Origin: a virus
DNA: 64,000 nt
Reading direction: 5' to 3' (one strand)
Virus record (IMG/VR): IMGVR_UViG_3300042897_000994
Coordinates: 96,938-160,937 of that record
The translations under genes and the position numbers were made by a program. Of the stretch, positions 17,231 to 26,211 are shown piece by piece. How positions within the stretch are numbered: position 1 is the stretch's first letter; each line of letters starts with the position of its first letter. Below the pieces are notes generated by a model. That model saw only the letters and a program-made list of their open reading frames with translations. It did not search any database and had not been told where the DNA came from.

Positions 17231-19230
17231 TGATAGTATTTCCATTTTCATTTATTAAGTCGATTTCAAATCTAGATGAAGGGCTTATTATTCATTTAGA
17301 TGCAAATGATCCTTCAAGTTATCCTGGTACTGGTACAGCAGTATTTGACTTGGCTGGCCCATACGATCACACTTTAACCGGTGCAACTTACACAGTTCTT
17401 AATGGCATAAGGTGTTTTGATTGCACAACAGGAACTAAAAGAGTTGTTGTGGATGGAACTGGTCCTACTTTACCAACTTCGGGATACACCTATATTACTT
17501 GGGCGAGATTGGAAGCTAATCCATCAGCATTCAGAACATTACTTTACACCAATTCACCTAGATACACACCAATCACAATTCTCGATGGAACTGATACTCT
17601 AGGTTATTGGGACAGTGCATTTAGAAGCTCTGGTTACAACACTGCATCTTCAGTCGGGGTTTGGGTTCAATATGCGATAGTCGGAGATAGTTCATCTCAA
17701 ACATTTTACATAAACGGATTACAAGTTGGAAGTTCAATCTCTTATGGAGCAGGGGGAACTGCACATTTCGGATGGGGAAATAATCATAATGTAACCCAAC
17801 CTTGGGGTTATGTTGCAAACTTGTACTTATACAATAGAAAATTATCCTTTCCTGAGATCGTAGAACAATATAACACACTTTCTCCAGCCTTTAATCTGGT
17901 TCTGGATTATAACACATTTAATACATCATCATATAGTGGTAGTGGAACAACTATCAATGATTTAAGTGGTAATAGTAGGAATGGAACAATCACAGGTTCT
18001 CCAACCTGGACTAGTAATTATTTTACTTTTAGTGATGATTATGTAACAACACCAAATTTAAGTTCAGTAATAACAGCACTTAACGAAGTTCATTCAGTAG
18101 AGGTATGGGTATATCCGACTAATAATGGAGTACTGGTTCAATATAATGGTACTCCGACTCCAAATAATACGGGATACCACGCTTCCGCAATAGAAATAGT
18201 TGGTGGTAATTTAGAAGTTGGACTTTGGGATGGAACTGTATTAGCTTCAACCGGCAACATAGGTGCAGTTTCATTTAATGAATGGCATCAAATAGTTTTA
18301 ACCTACAACGGTTCAGTATGTAGGGGATACCTTGATGGGGTATTTAAGGGTTCGGTGAATGTAGCATGGGATTCACCTATGGATTATTCTCTACCATTTT
18401 ATATGAACTTTGGTCCCCAAGATTCTACAAATCAGGGTGACGGAAGTTATTTTGATGGTAGATTTGGTATAATGCGAGTATATAATACCGCTTTAACCGA
18501 CGCACAGGTATTATCTAATTATAATTCTACCGTACCAACTATCGTTAATATAACCACCAATGGTTTGGTATTATATTACGACCCATCAAGTGCATCATCA
18601 TATCCAGGCAGTGGTACAACTATTACTGATTTAAGTGGTAACGGTAGAAATGGAACGATGTCAAATATAACATATACATCCCCTTACTTTGTATACAATG
18701 GTTCTTCGTCTCAAGTTAGTATTGCTGACAATGCATTATTAGAACCGGGGAGTGGGGATTGGACAATGGAAGTATGGGTTAACCAATCTGTTTCAGGTAA
18801 CGATGTTGTATTAGGAAAGTTCGATCCAGGCGGACTCGCAGTAGATGTGAGTTATAGTATAAGAACAACCAATACAACCTATTATGCTCAAATAGGTTCG
18901 GGCTCTGGATCAGGCTCAACACTATTCGTAAACAGTACAAATTATGTAGGAACTATTGGTTCTTGGTCCCAAATAGTTTATGTATTTACAAATGTTGCTG
19001 CTAATACACTTCAAACATTTGTCAACGGTTCAAGCATAGGTACTGTAAGTCACAGTTTACCAAGTATATTAAACACTTCTGCTAATTTATACATCGGTTC
19101 ATATAATAATGGTGAATCTCTACAATACTTTGACGGTAAAATTGGAATAACCCGCTTATACAATAGAGCATTAACTGCATCGGAAGTTTTGGATAATTAC
19201 AATGCAGATAGATCTAAGTATAGTTTATAA
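17230..19230 (+). CDS. Triple LamG/concanavalin-A-like domain protein (virion adhesin candidate)
   Basis: Three modules each beginning SSY(P/S)G(T/S)GT..DL(A/S)G and ending YN(R/T).L...E/Q...YN. Confidence 0.8.
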   Translation: MIVFPFSFIKSISNLDEGLIIHLDANDPSSYPGTGTAVFDLAGPYDHTLTGATYTVLNGIRCFDCTTGTKRVVVDGTGPTLPTSGYTYITWARLEANPSAFRTLLYTNSPRYTPITILDGTDTLGYWDSAFRSSGYNTASSVGVWVQYAIVGDSSSQTFYINGLQVGSSISYGAGGTAHFGWGNNHNVTQPWGYVANLYLYNRKLSFPEIVEQYNTLSPAFNLVLDYNTFNTSSYSGSGTTINDLSGNSRNGTITGSPTWTSNYFTFSDDYVTTPNLSSVITALNEVHSVEVWVYPTNNGVLVQYNGTPTPNNTGYHASAIEIVGGNLEVGLWDGTVLASTGNIGAVSFNEWHQIVLTYNGSVCRGYLDGVFKGSVNVAWDSPMDYSLPFYMNFGPQDSTNQGDGSYFDGRFGIMRVYNTALTDAQVLSNYNSTVPTIVNITTNGLVLYYDPSSASSYPGSGTTITDLSGNGRNGTMSNITYTSPYFVYNGSSSQVSIADNALLEPGSGDWTMEVWVNQSVSGNDVVLGKFDPGGLAVDVSYSIRTTNTTYYAQIGSGSGSGSTLFVNSTNYVGTIGSWSQIVYVFTNVAANTLQTFVNGSSIGTVSHSLPSILNTSANLYIGSYNNGESLQYFDGKIGITRLYNRALTASEVLDNYNADRSKYSL

Positions 19231-19275
19231 ATGTAACTATAAATGGCTTTAGGATATATAATTGAAATATAGTTG

Positions 19276-19659
19276 ATGAAACATATTATGTTATTCGAAG
19301 AATTCATCGGAGAAGCTGGACGCTATCCGTATGTGGATCCAGAAGAAGGTACTGGTAAAAAACCTGAAGGATCCGGTCGTAGACTATACACAGATGAAAA
19401 TCCAGATGATACAGTACCTGTAAAATTTAGAACAAAGGAAGATATAGTAGATACTCTTAACAGAGAAGACTTTAAGTCTAAACCTCATGTTAGACAGTCT
19501 CAAATAATTAATCTCATTCATCAAAGAACTCGAGCTGCTCATAAACACGCTAAAGATCCAAAAGTTATTAAAAGACTTGGAAGAGCTCTAGAATATATTG
19601 AAAAAGTTAAAGAGGAGTCAAAGAAGAAAACAATAGAATTAAACAAAGATAAAAAATGA
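19276..19659 (+). CDS. Hypothetical, probable capsid-internal protein
   Basis: MKHIMLFEEFIGE N-terminus; GATATATA at 19253. Confidence 0.6.
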   Translation: MKHIMLFEEFIGEAGRYPYVDPEEGTGKKPEGSGRRLYTDENPDDTVPVKFRTKEDIVDTLNREDFKSKPHVRQSQIINLIHQRTRAAHKHAKDPKVIKRLGRALEYIEKVKEESKKKTIELNKDKK

Positions 19660-20579
19660 AAAAAGAAAAAATAGTAAGAGGATCAGTAATCTCAACCTTT
19701 GTGATCCTTTATTTGATGGTTTCGATTATTTCGACTATTCACGTAATAGACTTTTTCGAACTTTCAAACCCGTATTGGCTAGCAGTCACTTTGGCTATTG
19801 CCTTTGAAGTTGGAGCTGCTGCTTCATTAGCTTCTTTGGTTATTTTAGATAAAATGAATAGAGGCTTGGTTTGGACTCTATTCAGCGCAATCACTCTGAT
19901 GCAAATGCAGGGTAATATGTACTACGCATTTACTAATCTTCAGGATTTTACTTCATGGTCAGAACTTTTTGGATTAATAGAAGAAGAAGTAATCTTTCAA
20001 AAGAGAATCATTGCTGCAGTGTCAGGAGCAATATTACCTCTTGTTGCATTAGGATTTATCAAATCCCTGGTAGATTATATCAAGCCAGAGTCTGAGAAAG
20101 AAAAACTAATAGAAGAGGAAGAGAAAGAAGTAAAAGAAGAAATTTTAGGATCAGAAGAATATCTTTTTAATTTACAAAAAAATGAGATAAAGGAAGAACC
20201 GAAAAAGGAATCCTTCGAAGATTATTTAGTAGATATCCCACTTAAGTACGCAGAATCATATTCAGAACCTTCAATAGAAGAAAATGTAGAAGATATGAGA
20301 AAGGTAGTAGAAGCATATGATGATTTAGAAGAAGAAATCAAAGAATGGGAAGAAGCTTCATTAACAGACTTTAACGAAGATGTCGAATGGGACGAATCAC
20401 ACGCTTTAGATCAAGTCCTAAACGATATTGCAGAAGAAGTTGAAGAAGAAGTTGAAGAAGAAGTTGGAGAGATTGAAGTTACTGAAGAACCGGAAGTTGT
20501 AGTCTCAGAAGAAAATGATTTCTCAGAATCTATTCAAACGGAAGAAGAAAACGAAAACGCCGAAGAAAAAAAAAGTTGA
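19656..20579 (+). CDS. Multi-pass membrane protein with long acidic tail
   Basis: About four TM helices then Glu-rich region; ends at an A9 run. Confidence 0.7.
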   Translation: MKKEKIVRGSVISTFVILYLMVSIISTIHVIDFFELSNPYWLAVTLAIAFEVGAAASLASLVILDKMNRGLVWTLFSAITLMQMQGNMYYAFTNLQDFTSWSELFGLIEEEVIFQKRIIAAVSGAILPLVALGFIKSLVDYIKPESEKEKLIEEEEKEVKEEILGSEEYLFNLQKNEIKEEPKKESFEDYLVDIPLKYAESYSEPSIEENVEDMRKVVEAYDDLEEEIKEWEEASLTDFNEDVEWDESHALDQVLNDIAEEVEEEVEEEVGEIEVTEEPEVVVSEENDFSESIQTEEENENAEEKKS

Positions 20580-20724
20580 TAGATCAAATACGAAAGAGAT
20601 ATTCAACCCCTTCGACAATAACGGAGGATTCTTCAGAAGATTCGACCACAAGACAGCGAGGTGGATCGATGTCAAATAGAACAAGAACTAATAAGTTCGT
20701 AGTTGGTAGTAGAAAAAGAAGATA

Positions 20725-20807
20725 ATGACATTTTGTCATAAAGTTTATTAGAAAAAATTATAAAATGAGACATTTTGTCTCATTTTTCTTTTTGGCATAC
20801 TTTTTGA
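20725..20807 (+). promoter_or_regulatory. Two GACA-TTT-TGTC palindromes plus a sigma54-like -24/-12 element upstream of hsp20
   Basis: ATGACA-TTT-TGTCAT 20725-20739; AAAATGAGACA-TTT-TGTCTCATTTT 20762-20786; TGGCATACTTTTTGA 20793-20807. Confidence 0.55.
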
Positions 20808-20849
20808 GATATTTAATAAACAAATCAAAATAAAAAAATATAAGAAAAT

Positions 20850-21221
20850 ATGTTTTACAATCCAATTAACTTAAGAGAAATGTTTGATCTTTTAGATCGC
20901 GGCCCTCTATGGAAAACTTCTTCAATTACCAAAACTAGAAATTGGGGGATAGAGGCCAGAGAAGTCGAAAACGGATTTGAAGTTGAAATGGCTCTTCCCG
21001 GATATGAAAAAGATGAAATTCATATAGATGCAGAGTCCACAGTCGTAAATGTTTACACCGAAAGGGCTAATAAATGGGGAGAAAAATTTTCACAAAGAAT
21101 TGCAGTTCCTGACCATTGTGAAATTAAAAACATTTCCGCAGAATACAAAAATGGAATTTTAACAATCTTATTTCCTGCCAAAGAAGAAAGAAACGAAAAG
21201 ATTTCTATTCAAATAAAATAA
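20850..21221 (+). CDS. Small heat shock protein (Hsp20/alpha-crystallin)
   Basis: MALPGYEKDEI...ISAEYKNGILTI.FP. Confidence 0.9.
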   Translation: MFYNPINLREMFDLLDRGPLWKTSSITKTRNWGIEAREVENGFEVEMALPGYEKDEIHIDAESTVVNVYTERANKWGEKFSQRIAVPDHCEIKNISAEYKNGILTILFPAKEERNEKISIQIK

Positions 21222-21250
21222 ACAAAAAAGCATTTTCTTATATAAAAACT

Positions 21251-21487
21251 ATGGAAAAACAATTAGAAATGAACGCATCTAGAGCAATAAGCGTCTTGAT
21301 TCAGGGCGTAGAAATTGCTCAGAAACAGGGTGCATACACTTTAGATGATGCAGAATTGCTGGCTAAAGCTGTTAAATTTTTCAAAAACGCGGCTAAAGTA
21401 ACCTCTGCAGAATCTGAAGAAAAAGCACCAGAAACACCGTCTGAAGAATCCTCAACCCCAACTAGAACAAGAAGCAAAGCAAAATGA
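21251..21487 (+). CDS. Hypothetical protein
   Basis: ORF with its own AAAC-N17-TATAAA promoter. Confidence 0.65.
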   Translation: MEKQLEMNASRAISVLIQGVEIAQKQGAYTLDDAELLAKAVKFFKNAAKVTSAESEEKAPETPSEESSTPTRTRSKAK

Positions 21488-22035
21488 TACAAGTAAGTAA
21501 TAAAAACCCAAAAGAAATGACTGCTCAAGAAATTGAAGCAGAAATCAAAGAACTTTCCGATATCTCTGGAAAGATTTTAATTGAAAATAGAGATAGAACA
21601 TACCCTATCAATGTAGCAGATTCTAAGGGATTGAATACAATGATTAAGCATGTCGAAAAAGCTAAATGGTCTCACACCGAAGCAGCGGCTCTTATAGCTC
21701 TAGTAATGGATCTTAGAGATCAAAAAGCTAAACTAGATGAGAATGGAAACATTCATTTGAGAACCGCTAATATTTCCAGTTTATATCAAACTATGCTGAA
21801 ATATACAGGTCAAGGTTTCTATGAGGCTAAAGAACATATTCAAATTTTAGCTACTGTAGGCGAAAGCATTTCAAATGCAATGGAAATTGTTGCTAAAGAT
21901 AATAATACTCTTAGAGAAATTCACACTCGTCTAAGCGTATTAGATGATGAAATGCAGTTACATACTGCAGCACCTCAATCAGAAATTTCACAAGAAACTC
22001 AAATTGAAGCTGAAGCTGAAGTAGTTAGTGAGTAA
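21484..22035 (+). CDS. Hypothetical protein
   Basis: ATGA-coupled; followed by a terminator. Confidence 0.65.
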   Translation: MIQVSNKNPKEMTAQEIEAEIKELSDISGKILIENRDRTYPINVADSKGLNTMIKHVEKAKWSHTEAAALIALVMDLRDQKAKLDENGNIHLRTANISSLYQTMLKYTGQGFYEAKEHIQILATVGESISNAMEIVAKDNNTLREIHTRLSVLDDEMQLHTAAPQSEISQETQIEAEAEVVSE

Positions 22036-22051
22036 TTTGATTTTCCATACT

Positions 22052-22078
22052 AAAGCGGGCTTTGGCCCGCTTTTTTTT
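22052..22078 (+). terminator. Intrinsic terminator
   Basis: AAAGCGGGC-TTTG-GCCCGC followed by T8. Confidence 0.9.
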
Positions 22079-22113
22079 GCTCTCGGAAAGATAAATAAAA
22101 AAACAAATCGGGT

Positions 22114-22725
22114 GTGGATATATCATCTTCAGTAACTGAAATACTTATAGCTTTTATTTCTGGTATTTTTGGTCCAATTGCGATCATGTATGCTAAAAAG
22201 AGATTTGAAAGCAAAAAACAAGATTTATTAACAGAGGCCTTTGAGTTTGGTGCTGTAGTAGATCAAGAAGTTGACGATTTACTTTTTGGTTTAGATCTTG
22301 ATAGAGTTTGGATTGCTCAATTTCACAATGGAGGACACTTTTATCCTACTGGAAAAAGCATCCAAAAATTTAGTATTTTTTATGAAACTGTGCATGACGG
22401 TATTCAAAAGATTACTCCACAGTTTCAAAACATTCCATGTTCTCTCTTTGCTAAAAGCTTTTCAGAAATAATAGCGAATGATGAACTTTTAGTTCAAAAT
22501 TTTAATGTTGACGAGAGAACCTACGGATTAAAAAACGTAGCAGATACAACAGGATGCAAATCTATTGTTATGGTTCCTCTAAAAACACATAACGGTAAAA
22601 TTTTCGGTTGTCTCGGTGTTGAAAGAGTGAGAAGAATCGGATTTGAAGATGAAGATTTAACTACAGTTAGAGAATCAGCTGCTTTTCTATCTGGATTGCT
22701 ATTTCAACATTTAAAAAATTCTTAA
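22114..22725 (+). CDS. N-terminal TM + GAF-like domain protein (T4 holin T-like architecture)
   Basis: TM residues ~8-27; DRVWIAQFHNG...KSIVMVPL...FGCLGV GAF pattern; GATAAATA at 22090. Confidence 0.55.
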   Translation: MDISSSVTEILIAFISGIFGPIAIMYAKKRFESKKQDLLTEAFEFGAVVDQEVDDLLFGLDLDRVWIAQFHNGGHFYPTGKSIQKFSIFYETVHDGIQKITPQFQNIPCSLFAKSFSEIIANDELLVQNFNVDERTYGLKNVADTTGCKSIVMVPLKTHNGKIFGCLGVERVRRIGFEDEDLTTVRESAAFLSGLLFQHLKNS

Positions 22726-22752
22726 AAATGGAAGGCGACAGTCATAAACGGA

Positions 22753-22947
22753 ATGAACAAGAAAGTAGCAACCCTGTGTCTTATATTAGCCACCTTTTTC
22801 AACCCTTTGGGCTTCGATGCCCTATTCGCGTTGACAACGAAGTGGACAGGGTCCTATTGGGTTACGGACTTAATTTTTTACCTTCTTTCGGGATTATTTT
22901 TTGGCTTATATTTCTTATTTTCTAAACTAAACAAAAAAGAAAGATAA
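22753..22947 (+). CDS. Small two-TM membrane protein
   Basis: Two hydrophobic helices. Confidence 0.55.
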   Translation: MNKKVATLCLILATFFNPLGFDALFALTTKWTGSYWVTDLIFYLLSGLFFGLYFLFSKLNKKER

Positions 22948-22956
22948 AATAGGTAT

Positions 22957-23199
22957 ATGGGTTTCAATAAAAGATATATCTCAAGAGAATCTCTTAAAAT
23001 TGTTTATAAAGAAAAAGGAGCAGAAGGAATTGAATGTTATTTAACTAAACCTGATGCCCTAATTATTGACAGCGACTGCAAGATCAATCTATGTTCAATA
23101 GCCGAAACTATTGAAAGTATTAAAGATTGGATATCGGAAGAACAAGAACAAGAACAACAATTAGAAAAAAATATTAATGTCGTAAATCATGGCGGTTAA
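22957..23199 (+). CDS. Hypothetical protein
   Basis: AAAC-N17-TAAAAT promoter at 22924. Confidence 0.6.
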   Translation: MGFNKRYISRESLKIVYKEKGAEGIECYLTKPDALIIDSDCKINLCSIAETIESIKDWISEEQEQEQQLEKNINVVNHGG

Positions 23200-23917
23200 A
23201 AGAGATAAAAACGCAAACGCACAAAGAGATTATACTATCGATTTAGATAATGTTAGACTAACCCCAAAACAACAAGAACTCTACGAAAATATATGTAGCA
23301 ATGAAGTAATATTTGCAACAGGCCCAGCCGGAACAAGCAAGACTTTTACTGCAATGTACAGTGCTCTTCGTCTATTGAGCAAAGGAGCCATTCGAAAAAT
23401 TATTTTAACGAAACCTATTCAAGAATCTGGAGAAAAATTAGGATATTTACCAGGTACTGTAGATGAGAAAATTGCTCCTTATTTAGAAAGTTTTATACTT
23501 ACTCTAAAAAAAATTATCCCAGAAGCAGCAGTAAATGAATTGTTCGCTTTTGGTATTATCGAATTTAGACCTCTTGCCTTTATGAGAGGAGCAACCTTCG
23601 ATCATTCTCTAATGATTTTAGATGAAGCCCAAAACACTATCGAAAGCCAGCTAATCTTGTATCTTACTCGTTTAGGAAATAAGAGTAAAATTCTAGTAAT
23701 GGGTGATACTAATCAGATTGATATTAGAGAAAAAGATTCTGCATTCGAAAACTTCATCGGAATGATTTCTGACGTAAAAGGAGTTACTCATCACAAATTT
23801 GATAGAGAAGATATCGTAAGAAATAAAATGATTGTAGAGATTACTGATCGATATGATGTTTGGAAATCTCAGCAACCTAAGGGCAGTAGTGGTTCTTCCG
23901 GAAATAGAGGCAGATGA
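23189..23917 (+). CDS. phoH: PhoH-like ATPase
   Basis: GPAGTSKT, LGYLPG, FMRGATF, ILDEAQN, GD..QID. Confidence 0.92.
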   Translation: MAVKRDKNANAQRDYTIDLDNVRLTPKQQELYENICSNEVIFATGPAGTSKTFTAMYSALRLLSKGAIRKIILTKPIQESGEKLGYLPGTVDEKIAPYLESFILTLKKIIPEAAVNELFAFGIIEFRPLAFMRGATFDHSLMILDEAQNTIESQLILYLTRLGNKSKILVMGDTNQIDIREKDSAFENFIGMISDVKGVTHHKFDREDIVRNKMIVEITDRYDVWKSQQPKGSSGSSGNRGR

Positions 23918-24570
23918 AAATAGCCACAATCACTCCTACTCGAGGTGATAGAAAAGATTTTTTAGCCCAGTGTAGACGAATGATTCATCGTCAAACACTT
24001 CCTCCTGACGAAGTTATATTTGTAAACTTTCAGAGTAGAGACGATGAGAAAGATATAACTCTTCGTTACAGAAGAGGAATTGCAGAAGCTATAAAAAGAG
24101 GCTGTGACATTGCTCTATTTATTGAAGATGATGATTGGTATCATCACGAGTACATTGAGTGGATGGTAAGGATGTGGGAATCTAGAGGACGTCCTGATCT
24201 TTTTGGCATAGAAGAGACTTATTACTATCATCTAAAACTACAAAATCTTTGGCATTCTAATCACGCAGATCGTTCTTCTGCTTTTTCTACTTTGGTTAAT
24301 CTCAAATTTACTGGGATGACTTGGCCCGCAGATAATGATCCTTTCACTGATTTGTGGATTTGGAGAGAATGGAAATGCAGAAAAGCCACTATTAAATTTG
24401 ATAGAGAGAAGATTTATACAATTGGTGTAAAACACGGAATCGGGTTGACTGGTGGGTCTGGGCATCGAAATAATCTCAAATGGACAATGCAGAAAGCTCA
24501 GTTCTGGTTCAACGGAAAAATAAACCAAATAGATGTCCAGTTCTATAATAGAATGAGAAATCTTATATAG
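23914..24570 (+). CDS. Glycosyltransferase, GT-A fold
   Basis: ITPTRGDR; FIEDDDWY DxD. Confidence 0.75.
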   Translation: MKIATITPTRGDRKDFLAQCRRMIHRQTLPPDEVIFVNFQSRDDEKDITLRYRRGIAEAIKRGCDIALFIEDDDWYHHEYIEWMVRMWESRGRPDLFGIEETYYYHLKLQNLWHSNHADRSSAFSTLVNLKFTGMTWPADNDPFTDLWIWREWKCRKATIKFDREKIYTIGVKHGIGLTGGSGHRNNLKWTMQKAQFWFNGKINQIDVQFYNRMRNLI

Positions 24571-24571
24571 A

Positions 24572-25240
24572 GTGCATCCAGATATTTTAGTCACAGTAGT
24601 TAATCACAATCACAATGAAAATGCTCTTAAATTGCTTACGCAATTTTCAAGAGATTTTAAAACAATCGTAATCGATTCTGGATCCGAAGTAAAGGATAAC
24701 CGATTTATCTTATTAGACAATGTTTATTATTCAGGTCTCTTTAATAAAGCATGTGAGCTTTTAAAAGAAACTGATAAAAAATGGCTTCTTTTTATCGCAT
24801 CTGATGTAAGAATAGACGAAGATAATTACTGGAAGCTAACACGTAGGCTCTGTGACCATCGATCATTTAGTGATATAGGTCTATATACTCCTAGTGTAGA
24901 AGGTCGCTCGCACCTTTTCTTAAAACAACAAACCGGAAGCCATAAATATCGAGATGTAAATTTCGTAGAAGGTTTTATGTTTTTAACAAGAAGATCCATA
25001 CTTTCAAAAATGCACCCAGTTGATGTAAGATTGAATAAAATCGGATGGGGCTTAGATGTAATGAAAGGATTCTTTTGTAGAGAACTAGGTCTTCGATCGG
25101 TGGTAGACGACTTGGTAAGTGTTTATCATCCACCCGAAGCTGGATATTCATATGAAGAAGCCGTTGAAAATTGCAAAAGATGGGCCAAAGTTCAAAGCCC
25201 AGAGTTTAGAAAATTCTTAAAAATAAATACAGGACTATGA
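24572..25240 (+). CDS. GT2-like glycosyltransferase
   Basis: VVNHN, VIDSGS, GWGLD, VYH. Confidence 0.65.
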   Translation: MHPDILVTVVNHNHNENALKLLTQFSRDFKTIVIDSGSEVKDNRFILLDNVYYSGLFNKACELLKETDKKWLLFIASDVRIDEDNYWKLTRRLCDHRSFSDIGLYTPSVEGRSHLFLKQQTGSHKYRDVNFVEGFMFLTRRSILSKMHPVDVRLNKIGWGLDVMKGFFCRELGLRSVVDDLVSVYHPPEAGYSYEEAVENCKRWAKVQSPEFRKFLKINTGL

Positions 25241-26208
25241 AAGCACTAATTACCGGAATTAACGGACAAGACGGATCATACTTATCAGAATTTCTTTTGG
25301 AAAAAGGTTATGAAGTGTATGGGATATTAAAAAGAAATTCAGTATCAGAAAATCAAACTTATCGACTAAATGGGGTATACTCCGAGTTAAAACTTTTTTA
25401 CGGTGACATGACTGACCTTTCATCTCTAATCAGAGTGATAGAAGAAGTTAGACCAGACGAAATTTATAATTTAGCAGCACAGTCTCATGTTAGAATTAGT
25501 TTTGATCAACCTATTTACACTGCAAATACTACAGGAATTGGAACCCTGAATTTATTAGAATCTGTAAAACTGATTAAGCCGAACACAAAAATTTATCAAG
25601 CTTCATCTTCTGAGATGTTCGGAAACTCTATTGATACTGACGGCTTTCAGAGAGAAAATACTCCACTAGTGCCAGTTTCTCCCTATGGTTGTGCAAAAGT
25701 TTATGCATATAATATCTCTAGAAATTATAGAAATTCTTATGGGATGTTTGTATCTAATGGAATTCTTTTCAATCACGAATCTCCCAGAAGAGGAACAAAT
25801 TTCGTTACAAACAAAGTAGTTAAAGAAGCCGTAAAGATAAAGCTATTCATGTCAGATTCTCTACGTCTTGGAAATTTAGAAGCTACTCGAGATTGGGGTC
25901 ATGCTAAAGATTACGTAAAAGCGATGTGGATGATTCTACAACAAGAAAGACCTGATGATTTTGTTTGTTCAACTGGAATATCTCATTCAGTTAAAGATTT
26001 GTGTGAATATGTTTTTTCCTCTTTAGATTTGAATTATAGAGACTATTTAAAAATAGATGAAAAATATTTTAGACCTGAAGAGTTACGTGATTTAAAAGGC
26101 GATTCTTCAAAACTTAGAAATCTTACCGGATGGGAACCTGAATATACATTTGAATCAATGTTAGACGAGATGATTGAATATTGGCTACAATACTACAAGA
26201 ATAAATAA
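25237..26208 (+). CDS. gmd: GDP-mannose 4,6-dehydratase
   Basis: ALITGINGQDGSYL, YNLAAQSHV, YQASSSEMFG, SPYGCAK, LFNHESPRRG, RDWGHA. Confidence 0.96.
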   Translation: MKALITGINGQDGSYLSEFLLEKGYEVYGILKRNSVSENQTYRLNGVYSELKLFYGDMTDLSSLIRVIEEVRPDEIYNLAAQSHVRISFDQPIYTANTTGIGTLNLLESVKLIKPNTKIYQASSSEMFGNSIDTDGFQRENTPLVPVSPYGCAKVYAYNISRNYRNSYGMFVSNGILFNHESPRRGTNFVTNKVVKEAVKIKLFMSDSLRLGNLEATRDWGHAKDYVKAMWMILQQERPDDFVCSTGISHSVKDLCEYVFSSLDLNYRDYLKIDEKYFRPEELRDLKGDSSKLRNLTGWEPEYTFESMLDEMIEYWLQYYKNK

Positions 26209-26211
26209 TTT

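Noticed and set aside
17230-19230. Diversity-generating retroelement target
   Set aside because: Repeats differ at all base types; no reverse transcriptase or template repeat seen
22728-22925. Alternative-frame ORF overlapping 22753-22947
   Set aside because: The 22753 frame gives a more plausible two-TM protein
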